DNA of 64,000 nucleotides from an uncultured delta proteobacterium (GTDB lineage Bacteria; Myxococcota_A; Polyangia; Polyangiales; Polyangiaceae): NCBI GenBank assembly GCA_963827955.1, contig CAWHDJ010000018.1, positions 1,117,297 to 1,181,296 of the forward strand, read 5' to 3'. Shown piece by piece: positions 60,982 to 64,000 of this stretch (position 1 is its first letter; each line of letters starts with the position of its first letter). The notes under the pieces were generated by a model. It saw only the letters and a program-made list of their open reading frames with translations, ran no database searches and was not told where the DNA came from. The position numbers and the translations under genes were made by a program.

Positions 60982-61742
60982 CTTCCTCTCCCGGCGGAGG
61001 CGAGCGCCTCCTTCACCTCGGCCGCGATCATGGCCGCGAGCCGGTCCAGCATCTCTTCGCCCTCCGCGGGCGTGGCGCGGGCGGGCGCGCCCGTGTACGC
61101 CCGCTCGATCCCCATGGCGCGGAAGCTCCCCTTGCCTGCCTTGATCCCCTCGGAGAGGCTCAGCGCCAGGTCGGGCAGGGCGGCGGCGACGCCCTCGCGG
61201 ACGGACGCGCCGTCGGCGGCGAGCACGAGCGAGGTCTCGTACCGGCCGGCGTGGCAGGCGCCGCTCTTGAACTCGTCCGAGAGCGTGCGCGCCCAGCGGC
61301 GCGCGAGCGGGCAGGCGACGGAGGCGCCCCCCGGCGGGAGGCCGGCCACGGCCGCGCGCACCGCGGCGTCGTGCTCGGGCTCGAGGTGGTTGTTGACCAG
61401 GCAGACGTGGGCGAAGCCCGCCGCGAGGTACCCCTCGACGACGGCGCGCAGGTAGGCGCCGAGCGCCGCGGGCGCCACCGAGATCGCGCCGGCGAAGCCC
61501 TCCGCGAAGCGCGTCACGCCGTAGGCCACCGCCGGCGCCAGGACGACCGCGATGCCCGCGCGCTCCAGATCCGCTGCGGCGCGCGCGGCCGCGGCCTCGC
61601 TGATGATCGTGTCCGTGGCGAGCGGCAGGTGCGGGCCGTGCGGCTCCACCGACCCGACGGGCAGGAGCGCCACCGCCGGCCTGCCGGACGCGAGCAGGTC
61701 GCGGATCTCGTCGGTGGTGGCGCGTGCGAGGACGATGCTCAT
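60978..61742 (-). CDS. creatininase (creatinine amidohydrolase) family protein
   Basis: LLPVGSVEPHGPHLPLATD metal-binding motif. Intact 254 aa. Confidence 0.7.
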   Translation of the reverse strand: MSIVLARATTDEIRDLLASGRPAVALLPVGSVEPHGPHLPLATDTIISEAAAARAAADLERAGIAVVLAPAVAYGVTRFAEGFAGAISVAPAALGAYLRAVVEGYLAAGFAHVCLVNNHLEPEHDAAVRAAVAGLPPGGASVACPLARRWARTLSDEFKSGACHAGRYETSLVLAADGASVREGVAAALPDLALSLSEGIKAGKGSFRAMGIERAYTGAPARATPAEGEEMLDRLAAMIAAEVKEALASAGRGR

Positions 61743-61754
61743 GGGCGTGCCCGG

Positions 61755-63443
61755 TCAGCGCCCGCGCGGGCTCTCGCCGCGCGCTTCCTGCTCCTTGAGC
61801 ACCTTCTTGTCCACCTTGCCGCGATCGTTCTTGGGCACGTCGTCGACGAAGACCACCCAGCGCGGGTACTTGTGCTTGGAGAGCCGGTCCCGCACGAACG
61901 CCTTCAGCTCCTCGGCCAGCGCCGTCAGCTCCGCGTCGCCCGCCGCGCGCGCCTTCGCCTCGTCCCGCAGCACGACGAACGCCTTCGGCTTGGTCAGCCC
62001 CTCCTCCTCCGCGCCGATCACGGCCGCGAGCGCCACCGCCGGGTGGCGGAGGAGGCAGTCTTCCACCTCCACCGGCGCGCACCAGATCCCGCCGACCTTG
62101 AGCAGGTCGTCGGCGCGCCCGCTGAAGTAGAGGTACCCCTCCCCGTCGAGCCGGAACAGGTCGCCCGTCTTGCACCAGTGGCCGTGGAAGGTGCCCCAGC
62201 TCTTGTCGCGGTCCTGGAAGTAGCCGAGCGCCACCGAGTCGCCCTTCACCCACATCACGCCCGTCTCGCCGGGCGGCAGCTCGGGCGCGCCCGGGCCCTC
62301 GGCCTCCGAGGCGAGGATCTTGATCTCGTAGCCCTCCACGACGCGGCCGAGCGAGCCCGGCTTGATGTCGCCGGGCCGGTTGGAGCAGTAGATGTGGAAC
62401 ATCTCCGCCGAGCCGATGCCGTCGTAGACGTCGTTCCGGAAGCGATCGGCGAAGCGAGAGAGCAGGGCCGGGGGCAGCGCCTCGCCCGCCGAGAGGTGGA
62501 ACCGGATGCTGCCGAAGTCGAGGCGCGCCTTGCCGGCCGCCGCGAGCGCGTCGTCGTGCTCGAGCAGCTTGCTCATCATGGTGGGCACGTTGGTGACGAC
62601 CGTCGGGCGGTGGCGCGCGATGGCCGCCGCGAGCGATTCGGGCGTCGGCCGCTCGGCGAAGAGCGCGGCGGTGGCGCCGACCGCGAAGGGGAACATCAGG
62701 TTGGTGCCCGTGGCGTAGCCGAAGAACAGGCGTGGGACCGAGACGGTCACGTCGTCCCGGCGGTAGCCGACGGTGCGCTTGGCGTAGACCTCGGTGTTGA
62801 ACGCGAAGTCGCGGTGCGTGTGCATCGCGGCCTTGGGGCGCCCCGTCGAGCCCGAGGTGAAGAGCCAGATGGCGATGTCGTCGCGCCGCGTGTGCCGGGG
62901 CACCTCGCGCTGCACCCTCCCCTCCGAGATGGCGTCGCGCAGCGAGACGGGGGCGAGCGAGGCCACGCCCTCGGCGCCGGAGATGTCGGGATCGGCCTCC
63001 ACGTCGCCCCCGGTGCCGACCTCGGGCGAGAGCACGAGCGCCCGGAGGCCCGCCGCGGCCAGCGTCGGGCGGATCGCGGCGGCCACCTTCGGCACGGTGA
63101 TCACCGCGGCCGCGCGGGTGTACTCGACCAGGTAGGCGAGGTCGGCGGCGGGCGCCTCGGGGTTGCCCATGGCGACGACCGCGCCCATGTGCAGCGTCGC
63201 GAAGAAGGCCCAGGCGAAGGCCGGCGTGTCGTGGAGCACGATGAGCACGCGCTCCTCGCGCCGGACGCCGGCGGCGGCGAGGAACCCGGCGAGCGCCCGG
63301 GTCCGCTCGGCGACGTCGGCGTACGTGTACCGGCGGTCCCCGAAGAGGATCGCGTCCTTGTCTCCGAGCCCCTCCGCGAGGCGGTCGAAGAGGAAGTAGT
63401 CGGCCAGGTTCAGCGCGTTCGGGAAGGTGGGCAGCGGGAGCAT
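61755..63443 (-). CDS. benzoate-CoA ligase family protein (aryl-acid CoA ligase, ANL superfamily)
   Basis: Intact 562 aa. AMP-binding motif FTSGSTGRPKAAMHTHRD, YGxxE region, and the C-terminal invariant Lys in PKNDRGKVDKK. Confidence 0.8.
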   Translation of the reverse strand: MLPLPTFPNALNLADYFLFDRLAEGLGDKDAILFGDRRYTYADVAERTRALAGFLAAAGVRREERVLIVLHDTPAFAWAFFATLHMGAVVAMGNPEAPAADLAYLVEYTRAAAVITVPKVAAAIRPTLAAAGLRALVLSPEVGTGGDVEADPDISGAEGVASLAPVSLRDAISEGRVQREVPRHTRRDDIAIWLFTSGSTGRPKAAMHTHRDFAFNTEVYAKRTVGYRRDDVTVSVPRLFFGYATGTNLMFPFAVGATAALFAERPTPESLAAAIARHRPTVVTNVPTMMSKLLEHDDALAAAGKARLDFGSIRFHLSAGEALPPALLSRFADRFRNDVYDGIGSAEMFHIYCSNRPGDIKPGSLGRVVEGYEIKILASEAEGPGAPELPPGETGVMWVKGDSVALGYFQDRDKSWGTFHGHWCKTGDLFRLDGEGYLYFSGRADDLLKVGGIWCAPVEVEDCLLRHPAVALAAVIGAEEEGLTKPKAFVVLRDEAKARAAGDAELTALAEELKAFVRDRLSKHKYPRWVVFVDDVPKNDRGKVDKKVLKEQEARGESPRGR

Positions 63444-63556
63444 GGCGCCGCCGTTCGCGTACCACGATCGGGCGGACGCGGAGCCCCCAATCGCCGCGCC
63501 CGCTCCCCCGCGGCCCCGCGGTTCACCGCCCCCAACGTACGCTGCGTTGCGTCGCT

Positions 63557-64000
63557 CTATGGCCGCGGCCCCAGCCTCCGCCGCAGCTCGTCGATCTTCG
63601 CCCGCCGATCCTGGCCGGGCGGCGCGTAGCGCTCCGCCTTCTCGAACGCGGAGATCGCGCCCGGGAGGTCGTTCTGCCGCTCCAGGTCTCCCCCGAGGTA
63701 CCTGTAGAAGTCGAAGCGGACGTTGGACGCGCTCACCGCCGCGAGGCAAGCCACCGCGGCCGCCGCGCCCGCGAAGCCGTTGCGCACGCCGGAGAGGTTG
63801 TCGCGGCGCGCGATCGCGGCGGCTGCCGCGATCAGGATCGCCGCCGCGGCGCACGCGGCGGCCCACGGGGCGCCGGGCAGGTCGAGCGCCGTGCCGGCGA
63901 ACGCCCACGCGCTCGCGCCCGTCGAGGCGGCGAGGGCGACCGCCTCCCTGCGATCGAGCCGCCCTCGGGCCTCCGCGCCGAGGCGCCGCGCTGGCCACGA
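63557..64000 (-). CDS. partial gene (5' end beyond the window): Ala-rich membrane segments with a C-terminal TPR-like motif
   Basis: The reading frame is open to the window edge. It reads ...AAAILIAAAAAIARRDNLSGVRNGFAGAAAAVACLAAVSASNVRFDFYRYLGGDLERQNDLPGAISAFEKAERYAPPGQDRRAKIDELRRRLGPRP. Confidence 0.3.
   Translation of the reverse strand, partial: SWPARRLGAEARGRLDRREAVALAASTGASAWAFAGTALDLPGAPWAAACAAAAILIAAAAAIARRDNLSGVRNGFAGAAAAVACLAAVSASNVRFDFYRYLGGDLERQNDLPGAISAFEKAERYAPPGQDRRAKIDELRRRLGPRP

Overview
This 64 kb window is about 70% GC and looks like chromosomal DNA from a myxobacterium-like deltaproteobacterium. It is gene-dense on both strands. Most of it is housekeeping, envelope and signalling genes. 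These include an Hsp70 and J-domain pair, an M1 aminopeptidase, an OmpA lipoprotein, two large hybrid sensor kinases, aroE, a GST, two GMC oxidoreductases, an Lhr-type helicase, an FHA protein, an LD-carboxypeptidase, a very large TPR protein, a sirtuin, and an MMPL/RND exporter with two companion proteins. Several accessory-looking modules stand out. One is a NodU/CmcH-family carbamoyltransferase cassette with SxtJ-like and SxtK-like small membrane proteins and two SGNH hydrolases. Another is an operon of benzoate-CoA ligase, a creatininase-family protein and a ferritin-like diiron protein. A third is an island (26.8-29 kb) holding a nucleotidyltransferase-fold ORF pair, a 21-bp tandem-repeat array, a long inverted-repeat element and a lower-GC hypothetical gene. 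A fourth is a 262-bp direct duplication of a hydrolase gene 3' end flanking a gene for a 22-residue amphipathic tandem-repeat protein. The last is a tyrosine-recombinase C-terminal remnant preceded by a degenerate 21-bp repeat array and followed by a roughly 250-bp nested inverted repeat. Many genes are interrupted by single-base frameshifts, and at least two of these fall in G homopolymer runs. I read this as sequencing or assembly indel error rather than biology, and I annotated such genes as composites of the ORF-track fragments. The six-frame track also contains many long Arg/Ala/Gly-rich antisense ORFs typical of high-GC DNA; I ignored these. No rRNA, convincing tRNA or CRISPR array was found. 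The summary field of the record is already long, so further detail is in the features and findings.
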